Assembly (NCBI GenBank): GCA_964019335.1
Contig: OZ025668.1
Span: 620,001-684,000 of the forward strand
Source: Diplonema japonicum
Taxonomy: Eukaryota; Protista; Euglenozoa: Diplonemea
Length of the DNA: 64,000 nt
Direction of reading: 5' to 3'
Shown here: positions 9,637 through 21,272 of the stretch, in pieces
Layout of the letters: every line of letters starts with the position of its first letter
Position numbering within the stretch: the first letter of the stretch is position 1
The notes under the pieces: generated by a model
Seen by the model: only the letters and a program-made list of their open reading frames with translations
What the model was told of the DNA's origin: nothing
Databases searched by the model: none
Position numbers and translations under genes: made by a program

Positions 9637-12600
9637 GTTGTGGTTTTTGTAATAATTCCTGAAATAAGGGTTGGCTGCAGCAAGTTTGAAAAAAAGAAAA
9701 AAGAAAAAAAAAGAAGAAAAAAAAAAAAAGGAAAAGAGGGAGGGAGCAGCGCAGCATGGCAAGGTGTAGGAGGGAAGGAAGGCGTGGCGCCTGTGGACGA
9801 TCGAAACGATCACAAAGAGCTGGTTTCTTTTTTTTTTTTTTTCTTTTTTTTTTTTTGAAGTTTTGGAAGAGAAACACGCGCCTAACGCAAAACCGTAGCT
9901 AAGGTGAGAAGGGTAGAGAGATGGGGGGAAGAGAGGTGAGGAAGAGAGGCGAGATAACATAAGGGGGGAAGAAATAGTGATGGTGTACAGAGTTTCGGTG
10001 GGGGAAAAGAAAAGAAGGGGGGGAGGCACGAGCGCCTGATAGAGTTGAGGATAAAAAAAAGTTTCTATTCTTTTTTTTCTGATAATTACATGGGTTAGAA
10101 AGTGAGTCACACCCGTGAATTTCCTTTGTAGTCATTATTTGCTTGTGATGAATATTTTATTAAATACTTTGAATAGTCCCCAAGAAGAAGAAGAAGTAAC
10201 TATCAAAGAAATACAGATTTGTTTTCTCGTTTTTATTTTATTATTTTTTTTAATGTTTCTTTTTTTTTTTTTTCTTCCCCTTTCTTTTTTTTTAAATCTC
10301 CCCCCACATCCGAAGTATCTTTCTTTCTTCTTTCTCCCTCCACAAAAGAAGGAAAAAAAAGAGCAGGAAGGGAGAGGAAAAAGAAACAAAAGAATTTAAA
10401 AAAAAAAATTACGGAAATTCTAGGAAGAAAATGGAAAAAAAAAAAAATGAAATAAAAAAAAACCTCCAAAAACAAGGGATTTCCTATTTTTCTAACCACA
10501 CAAACCATGCAATAAGCTGGATGTGAAGGGCTCAAAAAAAAAAAAAGAAAATTTGCTAGATTAAAAGCTGATCGACAAGCTGGCTGAGGGGAGGGGGAAA
10601 AAAGAAAAAAACCCAAGAGAGATTAAACAAAAAAAAATTCCCTCTCGTTTCGTGCCAGTAAGGTGTTTTTTTTTTTTTTTTTTTTTTTTTTGTTTCCCTT
10701 GTTCAAATTATGCTAATGAAAAAAAATGGAAGAAGAGAATAAATTAAAAAAAGAAGAAAAAAGCTCGTGAAAGCAAATAAGGGTGAGTGAGAAGAAAAAG
10801 AAGAAAAAAAAAAAAAAACCAAATTCTGTATTACGACGTACGGGGAGAGTGGGGGAGGACTTAAAAAGAAATACGGAAAAAAAAAAAAAAAAAAAAAATC
10901 AGGATGGAATAAAAATTGGCCTGAGGAACGGACTCCCCTTTTATTTTTTTTTCTCCCTTTTTTTTCACAAAAAAAAATTGGAAGACAAATATCCCCCCCC
11001 CCCCCCCCCCTGCCTTCCATTTTTCATCATGCTGCTACTAGTGGCTTCCGTGAGAAGGTAACCTGAACACAGTTCCTCTCACTCCGACTCGCTGAAAGGA
11101 GGTGCTGAGACCTAATCTTGAAGACTTTGGTCTTGCTTCCCTGCAAAAAAAGAAAATCAAACAAACGAATAATCTTGGGGGAGGGGGAGGGGGGGGGGAT
11201 AAAAAGGGGATAAAAACAAAGCGGGGTAGCACTTTAAAAGAAAAAAAAAAGTGGCCTCTTTCAAAAAACAGCACCGCACTTACCGAACGTGGAGCATTGA
11301 AGGTGAGGTTGTTATTGCTTGTCTATCCCGGGTAGAGTAGATAACCCGGAAAACCGTTCTTGCAAAAATATAATACCTTAGAAGGAACTAGAAGGAGGGG
11401 GGAATAAAACGAGAGCCAGGGGGGGGTGTTTTTTTTTAATGGGAAAATCATCTTTTTTTGTAGATGATCAGAGGGCTTTTACTTGTTTTACTGTTTTTTT
11501 TTTTCTTTCTCTTCTTCAAATTTCCTTCTTTTTTTATTCTTCTTTTATTCCCCTTTGTCCTCCCCCCCCCCTTTTTTTTTCTGAGGAGTTTTGGCTCGCC
11601 GCCTCCAACACAGAAAAAGGAGAAAATTAAAGATGGCACCTTTGCGGGTCCTCATAATGTGTCTCTGTCTCTAAAAAAAAAAAAGGGATTACCAAAGCCC
11701 TTTGGCTAGCTGTGGTTGATCCTTTGGGTGTCGAGTAGTTTCTTTGTTATTGACATCCGGAGCTGAGGGGTGGGCCAAAATAAAAAACATATGACTTTGT
11801 TTTTGTTATAAAACTATTTTTTTTTTGAGTTAAGTAAATTAACGTAATTCCACCTTTCTGTACCTTTTTCTTTTAAACGTTTTTTTTTTTTTTTTTTTTT
11901 TCCCTTCCTCCACATGCAATCAGTTAAAAGTACAAAAAGGGATGAAAAATAAGAAATTTTGTTGCAAAAAAAAAAAGAGGGGGGGAGGGAATCAAATGGG
12001 GAGGGAGGGGAGAGGTGATGTTTCAAAAATTTCTTGTGCATTCTATTTGATATTTCTTTTTTTTTTGTCAAAAAAATTTATAAATGTACACCAGAAGAAA
12101 AAATTGTTTCATTTTTTTTTTTGTTCCTTCATCCCATAATAAAAGAGAGAAACAGGGAGGGGGGGAAGAGAAAAAGTTAAGTTTAGCATCGGTGCCTCAT
12201 GAACCTTGTCTTTTTTTGGGAGGCTCAGATGGTGCACGTTCAGTTGTTTTAAGGAGTTTTTTAAATACCCCAAAAGGGGAAAGGGAGAAGGGGTGAGGGG
12301 GAGAATGCTAGCGAAAGCATACTTTTCTTTTCTTCAATGAGGGTGGGAGAGGGAGATACTGGCTTTTGCCTATGGTAAGGATCACGGTGCAGGCACACCA
12401 CCTTTTTATTGTTATTATTATACCTTCAATTCAGCCCATGAATCACCCAAATATTTTTTTTTTCTTTGATTTTTTTTTTTTTTTTTTTTTTTCCCCGGTT
12501 GAAATGTACTCTCAGCCTTTCTTTCTTTTTTTTTTTTTCAAATGCGGTAAAAAAAATTTAAAAATAAAATAAGATTTACGTCTACCGCCCTCCCAGTTAG

Positions 12601-13962
12601 AATTTGATCAAGGAGGGTATGGTCACCACCAATACATCAGTGTAGGATGGGGGAGGGGGAGGGGGGGAGAGAAAATAAAAAAAGCGAAATATAGACTTGT
12701 CTCATCTTTAGCTAGCCTTTTTTTCTTTCATTCGGGGGGGGGGGGGGGGATGAGAAAAAAACGGGGAGAAAGAAAACAAAAGAATAATAAACAGATCTCT
12801 TGCAAATATATACCCCCCCCCCCCCCCCGCAACACGAGCCCTTAGGCAGACATACGCGTGTAACACAAGGACATGGTGCAGGGACTTAGGCAGCAATCGT
12901 CGATTGAGGCGTTTCTCTTCCTTTTAAAAAAAAAAAAAACTCCTGCGCTGTGAGAAACACCCTCTGGTGTGAACTCAGGAGAGTGGTTATGAAAAGTAAA
13001 AAAGAAAGCCTCAACTCTTTTCTTTTTTTTTTCTTTTCCAACTTCTTTAAAAAAAAAACTTTTAAATAGAAACACGGTCAGCACAATGGGCACATGTATG
13101 GGTAAAAGAAGGTGGGGGGGGGGGGAGTAAAGAATACCCAAAATTCACTGATAGGGGGGAGGAGGGGGGAGTGTTAGTGTTACGCCCCCCCCTTAAAAAA
13201 AAGTGTGAAGAAAAAAAAAAAGAAGAAATATAAAAGCCTGAGTGTGTGGAGTCGAAGGTATCTAATCTTCCATGAGAGTGCGGGGGCGAAAAGGCGGTGT
13301 TCGTTGCGGCGTCAAATTCCCTTTTTTTTTTTTGAGTTTTAATGATTCAACTAAGGATCCAAGCTTCCAAGAAAATGGGGGGGGGGGTAATCTAAAAGAA
13401 GCCAAATCCTTATTGCACACAAAAATAAAAAATCAAAAAAAAAAAGAAAAGAAGAATACCTTCAAGTTTCAAAGAACACAGCAGTAGTGCCTCTTTTTTT
13501 CTTTTTTTGTATGAATATAAAAAAAAAGAAGAAAAAAAGAGGGAAAAAAAAAACCCTTTCTTTTTTTTTTTCACTTGCTCTTCTGCTTTTTTTCCCCCCC
13601 AAAAAAAACGAGAAGTGGGGGGGGGGGGGGGGGGGGGAAATCAACTGAAGTAAAAGATAAGGGGTGGAGGAAGGGTGGAGGAAGAGAGTAACGTGATTAG
13701 CTATATGCTATATGAAATAAAGGATCTCTTTATCTTTCTTTTTATTAGGGAGGGGTGCCACATAAAGTGAGGAATCGGACGCTTGGACCGCGCATAGAGA
13801 CCACCCGCACGAGGCTCTAAGAGGGAAAAAAAAAAGAAAAAATGGGGGGGATGCACTTGGACCGCTGGGTAATACTTACTGCTATTATACGTCCACCCTC
13901 ATAACATCTTTAGAATGACAGGGGGGTCATATTTTTTTGTGGTAACTCAGAAGGAGTAGGAG

Positions 13963-13998
<36 letters not shown>

Positions 13999-14486
13999 CT
14001 TTGTTTGGTATTTATCGTGAAATTCCAGTTTTTTTTTTTTTTAAATTATTCGCCGTGGGACATCCCCTTCTTTTTTTTTTTTCTTTTTTTTTTTTCGTTC
14101 CCCAACAGTTTGAAAAAAAAAAAAAAAAAAAAAAAACCAAAAAAAATTTCTCTCTCAATATATATTCTTTTCCAAAAAAAAAAAAAGTCACACAAAGCTA
14201 CGACCACTTGGTCATGTTTGCTTTGTAAAAACTCTACAGGAAAGAGAGGATTTAAAAAAAAAAAAGAATAAAAAATCGGGAAATGAAATCTGTAATATAA
14301 AAAAGGTTCAGTCCCTAGCAAGGAGTTTCAAAAAAGAAGGGGAAAAAAAAAAGAAAAAAAAGAGCAACTGACCCGCTCTGCAGTAATTATAGGGAAGGAC
14401 TAATATGGGGGGGGGGGGGGGTAACCCCAAACAAAAGGCGTACCCTATCCTGATTGCGATACCCATTAGGATTTTCAGTTGCGTTA

Positions 14487-14533
<47 letters not shown>

Positions 14534-16845
14534 AACAACAACAATGGTTCATGATGCAGTATTACATTGTGTATTTAATAATATAAATATATGTACTTTA
14601 AAACGAAAAACTCCCGGGCAGGAGAATATCTGGGTTTTTTTCTGTACACTCGCACCTTATTTTTCCACGTATTTTCCTCTTCAACTACTAAAAAAAATAA
14701 GATAAAAAAAAAAAAAACAACAACGTACCAACCCAAGTCTGTTTTCCCCACTCATAATGGTTTTTTTTTTTATTATTATTATTATTATTTTTTTTATGCT
14801 ATGCACCCTTGCTACATTTCATGCTAAACCCCCATGGCATAAAAAAAGCTATCTGGTTACGTGCGCGTTGTTTTTCTCGTAAAAAAAAAAACTCTGAGCG
14901 ACGACGGGGGGGGGGGGGGGGGGGGGAGATGAAAGAGACCCTCAAAATGAAAAGAAAAAAAAAGAAGAAAAAGGGAAATACAAAGAACCAACCATCTTCA
15001 TATCTTCTGTGGTAGAAAGAAAAGAAAGTATAAAAAAAAAAAATGTAGCAAAAAAAAGGGGGGGTATGGGGGGAAAAGAAAGGTGTATAAAAGAAAAAAA
15101 ACGAAAAATTCGATAAAGAAAACTAAGTGAAATGTCTACGAGCCGGAGTTGTTCAGTAGTAGTTATGGAAAAAAAAAAGTTCATTTCAAAAAAAAAAATT
15201 AAACAGGCTGATGAAACCCTTCCCTTGTTCTTTTGCGTATTTTTTCTCTTTTTTATTTCCCCCCTACTTCTCTTTTTTCCTCCTCTGAAAAAATTACAAA
15301 TTACCTATGGGGGGGGGGGGTTGTTTTTCATTCGTTCTTTTTTTTTTCCTTCTTATGTTTTCGCCATGCCTTTGAGAGCAACGGGAAAATTTGGCCGATG
15401 AGATTTTTACCCCCACTTTAAAAAATATGTTTTTTCTCATTCTTTTTTCCGGTTTTCTTTCTTGCAGGTTTCCAAGAAAAAAATAAAGGGGAAGGGGGGT
15501 GGGGTTAATTCGGAACTCGGCACCTAACTCAAGAAAAGACTCGAATTTTACTTTTTTTTTTCTTCTTCTTTTCTCCCCGAGGCTCCTTAGACCCCCTTTT
15601 GACCCCCTAGAAAAAAAAAGGGATTATTTTTACAAGCCATCAGAAGGTCTGTATCCGCACCTCGGCAAACTTTTATATTCCATCAATTTCTTTTTTTGAA
15701 TTTTTTTTTTTAAATGCCCCTCTCAAATTTTTATTTCATTCCAGATAAAAAAAAAAAAAAATCTTTATGACTATTTGTCTTCGTTGTTCGCACGAGCAAA
15801 AAAAGGTTTTTAAAAAAGCTGCAAAATTTTTTTGCTCGGCACAAGTTGCATATAGTTATAAAATTATTTTTTGAAAGATAAATATTTTGTAACAAAAAAA
15901 AAAAAAAAATCGTCCGGTATTTTATTTTTCAACAAATTATCTTCGGGATTCTCGATTTTTTTTTCTCTTCCTTAAAAGGGTACTGACGCAAAATTGAGAG
16001 CAAAAGAAAAAAAAGAAGAAAAAAAAAAAAGAACACAACCTTGTTCACGCCCATGAATTTCTATATTGCTCGAAGCAAAAAAAAAAAAAAAAGAAAAAGA
16101 AAAAAAAAAAAAAAAAAAGAAGAAAATCATTTTCATTGGTGAATTACTCAGGCAAAAAGGTCTCACTTATTCGCAAAAAAATTCAAAGAAAATGGTCAAC
16201 AACATCGACTTTCATATGTTTAGGCTAGTAACGAACTCCTCCCTCTTTTTTTTTTTTTTTTTTTTTTGATTACAAAAAAAAAGAAGAAAAAAAAAAAGAA
16301 AAAAAGAATAATGACATAAAATAATAAGGAAAACAGCATTTGAGAGGAAGGTGGGGCTTGGTGCTCCTAAAAGAGAGGAAGAACAAAAATAAATAAATAA
16401 AAAGTAACATGTTTAAAGGTGGGAAATATGAATGAAGGGATAATAAAACTATATCTGACTGAAACCAAAACACATTTTTTTTTTAAAATAACTTTACTAA
16501 CTGTATCAAGGAGAGAGAGAGAGTGAATGGAGTTGTGAAAGAGGAGAAAAATTCAAAAAAAAAAAAAAATGATGTTTACTCTTTTTTCTTTCTCTTCTTC
16601 TTTACCTTCTCCCCACAGATGGTAAAGAAGGAAAAGAGAGAGGAAGAAAAAAAAAAATAAACATGCCATAAGGTTTGACATTCTTCCGGTGGCAACGCGC
16701 TTTGGTTTGAACTTACCGTTTTTTTCCCCTTTTTTTAAATTCCTTTGTTCCTTTTGGACGGGAAAAAAAAAAAACTCAAATTAACATGCAAGCTCCCTGA
16801 GAGACGAAAGCCGCATGCCGGGAAAAAAAAAAAAAAAAAAGAGAC

Positions 16846-16879
16846 ATTTAAGGGCACCTGCGGTATGTGGCAGGACGCC
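16846..16879. repeat. 34-bp hairpin motif duplicated at 18306-18339
   Basis: atttaagggcacctgcggtatgtggcaggacgcc vs atttaagggtgcctgcagtatgtggcagggcgcc, 30/34 identical. The cctgc/gcagg stem is conserved in both. Confidence 0.8.
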
Positions 16880-17174
16880 TCGTGGGACTTTTTTTTTTTT
16901 TTTTTTACACCCATTCCTTCTATTTTTATTTTTTTTTAAAAAATCGTTCTCTCCCTTCCACCTCCTATTTCCTTCAAAAAAAAAAAGGATTTTACAGTTT
17001 TTTTTTTCCCTTCTCGCCCCCCTCCCTGTTCTTTTGCTCTTCTTGAGGTACTTTTTATAGCCCTCTCACACCATTCAGCGCAAAAAAAAAAAAAAAAAAA
17101 AAAAAAAAGTGTTCAGAAAAGGGGGGGAAAGAAAAAAACGCCTAACACCGTAGGAAGAGTGGGATAAAAGCAAC

Positions 17175-17205
<31 letters not shown>

Positions 17206-18353
17206 AAAAAAAAAGGGACCAAGGAAAAGTGAGGAATATAAACTTGGGTTATCGATATTGCGCCTTTACAAGGCCACACAAAATTAAGTAAAAAAAAAAA
17301 AAAAAAAGGAAGTTTAAGGTGGAGGGAACTGCGACAGAAAGCACAGATTTATAGTTGCCAGTGGCAACAAATATAGTGATTCCTTGAAAGGCAGAGAAAG
17401 AAAAGAGAAAAAAATGGCAGGCAGAGAAAAAGGTAAAATAGAAAATATATATATAAAAAAAATAATAATAATAAAAAAAAACAACAGGGAAGTAAGAAAA
17501 ATATAAGAGCATTTTCACTCCATGAAAAAGGAAAAAAAGAAAAAGGGGGGTCTGGTAAAAAAAAAGAATTGAAAGTGAAGTCATCATTTTATTACACAGA
17601 CCGTTTTCCCTTTTGCAGTGATTAAATAAAAAGGGAACTGATCCTGATCGTTGAACTCCGCGTGGCGGAAAGAAACGGACTAGCGTTCCCCTTTTGTTTA
17701 GACAAGTCATAGACTTGTTCTTGCAGAAAAAAGGGGATAAATAAAAGAAGAAAAAAGGGACACACGGTAAAGAGAAGATGTAAGGATTCTATTTGTTTTT
17801 GAAAATTTATTTTTACTTTGATTTTTACTTTGTTCTCTTCCTCCCTTCTTTTTTTTCTTTCTATTTTCTTTGAACCCCTCTTTCTTTTTTTACTTTTCTT
17901 TGTTTTTTTTTTATTTTTTTATTATTTTTTTTATTTTTCCATCTTTTTTTTTATTCTCTCACTCCATTTCTTTGTCTATTGTTCATTCCTTTGTCGTTCA
18001 TTTTTTTTCTTTTTTTTTCTTTTTTTTTTTGTTTATTTCCCCTCACCTCGTTATAACAGTTCTTTTTTTTTTTTTTGTTTTCTTTTCTTTTTTTCTTTCA
18101 TAAAGCGTACTTTTTTTTTTCCTCTTTTTTTTTTAAAGAAGTCATCCATGCTGCTCTCAGATACTTAAAAGAAAAGAAATAAATGGTGGGAAATCATGCT
18201 AGCAACGGTCCCCACCAAAGCAAAAGAGAAAAAAAAAAGAAAAAAAAACGGGGGAATAAAAACTATTGAATTACGAAAAATAAAGTGACTTTTTTCATGA
18301 CGACTATTTAAGGGTGCCTGCAGTATGTGGCAGGGCGCCCTGCACAAGCATCG

Positions 18354-18516
18354 CCTACTTGATTACAGGGGGTGCCTCAGCCTAGCTGTAGCTTCTTCTG
18401 TGTTCCGCGTCGTGTCCTTAATGCGTGCGGTGTGCAACTTAACCCCATGGCGCACCTGGTAACCAAGATTCTGAGCCCGTGCAGTTTGCTGCCTGTTCGT
18501 CACTCTGAGCATCTGC
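18354..18516. repeat. Dispersed ~165-bp element, copy 2, followed by caata(A)41
   Basis: Homologous to 1765-1930. An A-run at 18525-18565 directly follows on the + strand. Confidence 0.9.
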
Positions 18517-18522
18517 AATACA

Positions 18523-18566
<44 letters not shown>

Positions 18567-18869
18567 GGTGGACGTTTGAGCGTGCACCGTGCGGAACAAA
18601 AAAAATTTTTACTTTTTCTTTTTTTTTTTTTTTTCTTTTTGTGGTTTTTTTTTTTTTTTTTTTTTTTTTTTTGTGCTTTTTTTTTTTTTTTTTGTTCGTT
18701 CCTTCTTGGTTTCTCTTTTTTGTTTTTTCTCGCTTTTTTTTTTTTTTTTTTTTTCCTTCACTTCTTTTCTCACCCGATGTTAATGTGGTTAACGCGAGGG
18801 GAGAAAAAAATAAAGCGTATGCAGGAATGTCGTGGGGGGGGGGGGGGGGGGGATGCTTCACCTTTTCAC

Positions 18870-19421
18870 CTACATATAATAGCAGGAAAGGAACTCAATG
18901 GTAGGATACCCCGAGTAGGGCTCATCCTCTGAGGACACAGTAGATGAGGACTCCTCTAGATCAGAGTGTTCCGGCGTGGCAAAGGAAGGAAGGGGTGTAG
19001 CATTGGAAGGGCAAGGCGCTGAGATGTAAGGGTAGCAAACAGTGATCAAATACTTGACGATGTCATTAAGAACAGGGTGGGCTCCGTTAATGTCGAAGTG
19101 CAAAGTAGCACAGGCCGTATCAATCATACTGGGCACGTCACTGGCTGTGAGTGCCCTGCCACACATCTTGCTGATCTCTGAGGCAACCATGTCGCCACCT
19201 CCTTCCTTCTCGATTTCCTTGAACGCTGTCTTCAGCCCCTGGACAAGCGTCTTCTTATCCTTCAGCATCAGGTTTGGCATCACTCCCAGCACACCTGCGT
19301 AGTGGTCCTCCAGGTGGCCGTAGATACAGTCCACAAAGGTACAAGTCCTCTTCATAACAAACCTGCACCACCTCGAGATCGGGGCCTGTGGGCTGGTCGT
19401 GGTCTGCTCCGTGATTGTCAT
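18870..19421 (-). CDS. CCCH zinc-finger protein (putative RNA-binding), 183 aa
   Basis: WCRFVMKRTCTFVDCIYGH = C-x7-C-x4-C-x3-H. Complex coding-like sequence between homopolymer flanks. Confidence 0.75.
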   Translation of the reverse strand: MTITEQTTTSPQAPISRWCRFVMKRTCTFVDCIYGHLEDHYAGVLGVMPNLMLKDKKTLVQGLKTAFKEIEKEGGGDMVASEISKMCGRALTASDVPSMIDTACATLHFDINGAHPVLNDIVKYLITVCYPYISAPCPSNATPLPSFATPEHSDLEESSSTVSSEDEPYSGYPTIEFLSCYYM

Positions 19422-19432
19422 TTTGTTAAAGT

Positions 19433-19473
<41 letters not shown>

Positions 19474-19798
19474 AATTAAAATACGGGAAGCAGCTGTGTG
19501 AGTGATGTTGGGATGAAGAAAAAATAAAAGAGAGAGAAGAGAGAGTTTTTTTTTTCCCCAACACCGCTTATCTGCAGGAGAGGGGAAAAAAGGGGGGGAG
19601 ACAGAGCAGCTATATTGTGGTAGTTGTTCGTTGTCTCGAAAGGAGGGATCACACTGCTTACTTTTTTTTCCATTCTTTTTTTTTTTTTTTTTAAATTTAA
19701 CTTGCACATTGTCTTTCTTGTAGCATTTTTCTTCATAAAACGTTTGTTCCAATGGCCTCCTTCTCGCTGTGGTGCCCACTCTTCCTTCTCTCCCCTCA

Positions 19799-21016
19799 TC
19801 ACAGCTTTGAAGAGGGTTCGGAGACGCGCTCGATGATAGTGGCGTTAGCTGTGCCGCCTCCCTCGCAGATGGCCTGGATGCCGTACCTGCCGCCTGTCCT
19901 CTCGAGGGCGTTGACGAGGGTGGTCATGCAGCGGGTGCCTGTGGAGCCGAGGGCGTGGCCGAGGGCGATGGCGCCGCCGTTGACGTTGAGCTTCGCGGGG
20001 TCGCCCTTGAGGGCCTTCAGCCAGGCGACGGGGACCGGGGCGAAGGCCTCGTTCACCTCGTACAGGTCCATGTCGTTGATGGTGAGGCCGCTCTTCGCGA
20101 GCGCCGTCTGCGACGCCGGGATGGGCCCCTCCAGCATGACGATCGGGTCGCTCCCCGCGAGGGCCAGCGTCACGATCTTCGCCCGCGGTTTCAACCCGTA
20201 CTTCGCGAGCGCCTTCTCGTTGCAGACCAGGACCGCGGACGCCGCGTCCGTGATCTGGCTGCTCGTCGCCGCCGTCACCATCCCCCCGGGAGCCAGCACC
20301 TTCAGCTTCTGCAGCGCCTCCACCGTCGAGGTCGGGCGAATCCCCTCGTCCTTGTCCACCACCACCTTCTCCCCCGTCTTCGGGTTCGTCCCCAGCACCG
20401 GCACGATCTCCCTCTTGAAGGCTCCCTCCGCCGTCGCCCGCGCCGCCTTCTGGTGGCTCGCCGCCCCGAACGCGTCCAGCTCCGCCCTCTCCAACCCGTA
20501 CTTCTTCCCCAGAAGCTCCGCTCCCCCGAACTGCGACGGCATCGTCATCTTCCCATCCTTCGAGTAGGTCCCCTGGAACCCCTCCGAGGCGAAAGGGTTC
20601 CCCCTCTTCGCCTTCAGCCCGTCCGCGATGTTCGACCCGATCGGCACCAACGACATCACCTCCACCCCCGCCGCGATCACCACGTCCTGCGTCCCGCTCA
20701 TCACGGCCTGCGCCGCGAAGTGCAGCGCCTGCTGCGAGCTCCCGCACTGCCTGTCCACCGTCGTCCCAGGAACAGTCTCAGGAAGCACCTTGCTCGACAG
20801 CACCATCGTCCGCCCGATGTTCCCCGCCTGCGACCCGATCTGGCTCACACACCCCACCACCACGTCGTCCACAGCAGCAGGCGGCACCCCGGAGCGCATC
20901 ACAACCTCGTCCAGCACCTTCGCCCCCAGGTCCGCAGGGTGCCACCCGGACAGCTGACCCTTCTTCTTCCCCCCTGCAGTCCGCACGCACTCAACAATGT
21001 AGGCTGTGTGGGGCAT
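19799..21016 (-). CDS. Acetyl-CoA C-acyltransferase (thiolase), copy 2 (405 aa)
   Basis: Same motifs as copy 1. Translations are identical in every overlapping ORF frame; offset 11380 nt. Confidence 0.96.
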   Translation of the reverse strand: MPHTAYIVECVRTAGGKKKGQLSGWHPADLGAKVLDEVVMRSGVPPAAVDDVVVGCVSQIGSQAGNIGRTMVLSSKVLPETVPGTTVDRQCGSSQQALHFAAQAVMSGTQDVVIAAGVEVMSLVPIGSNIADGLKAKRGNPFASEGFQGTYSKDGKMTMPSQFGGAELLGKKYGLERAELDAFGAASHQKAARATAEGAFKREIVPVLGTNPKTGEKVVVDKDEGIRPTSTVEALQKLKVLAPGGMVTAATSSQITDAASAVLVCNEKALAKYGLKPRAKIVTLALAGSDPIVMLEGPIPASQTALAKSGLTINDMDLYEVNEAFAPVPVAWLKALKGDPAKLNVNGGAIALGHALGSTGTRCMTTLVNALERTGGRYGIQAICEGGGTANATIIERVSEPSSKL

Positions 21017-21111
21017 GTTGTGTCGTGTTAGTTAGCTGGTGACAGTTAGCGGTGAGATAGGAAGGCAAAGAAAAGGCAAGCTTAAAGTTGGTTCAAGTTC
21101 ACTGTTTTACT

Positions 21112-21142
<31 letters not shown>

Positions 21143-21220
21143 TGAGTTCTCCAGACGCAGGAACTGAGCAGCACCACCACCTGGACTGGCTGCCAAGGAA
21201 CAGTCTACAGAATGAAAAAA

Positions 21221-21272
21221 GAATGAAGAAACGAATGAAGAGAAGAATGAAGAGAAGAATGAAGAGAAGAAT
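21221..21272. repeat. 12-bp minisatellite (gaatgaagagaa) x ~4
   Basis: Directly visible; it produces the spurious MKRR repeat ORF. Confidence 0.8.

Larger units (their letters stand above)
9660..18860. other. ~9-kb non-coding homopolymer-rich region (A, T, G, C runs) with hairpin islands; candidate long 3' UTR/intercistronic region
   Basis: All ORFs here are poly-K/F/G/P artefacts. Runs reach ~45 nt. The region lies downstream of the CCCH gene and upstream of thiolase copy 1. Confidence 0.85.

Noticed and set aside
8345-9858. Long antisense and shifted-frame ORFs over thiolase (also 19752-21031)
   Set aside because: Stop-codon depletion caused by extreme GC3; shadows of the real gene.
9637-10110. 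N-terminal extension of thiolase copy 1 in the 563-aa ORF
   Set aside because: Low-complexity read-through, absent from copy 2.
11278-11290. ACTTACC resembling the U1 snRNA 5' end
   Set aside because: Not followed by TG, and no U1-70K loop or Sm site is recognisable.
9899-18932. Dozens of 60-190 aa ORFs rich in K, F, G, P
   Set aside because: Translations of homopolymer runs, with no domain content.
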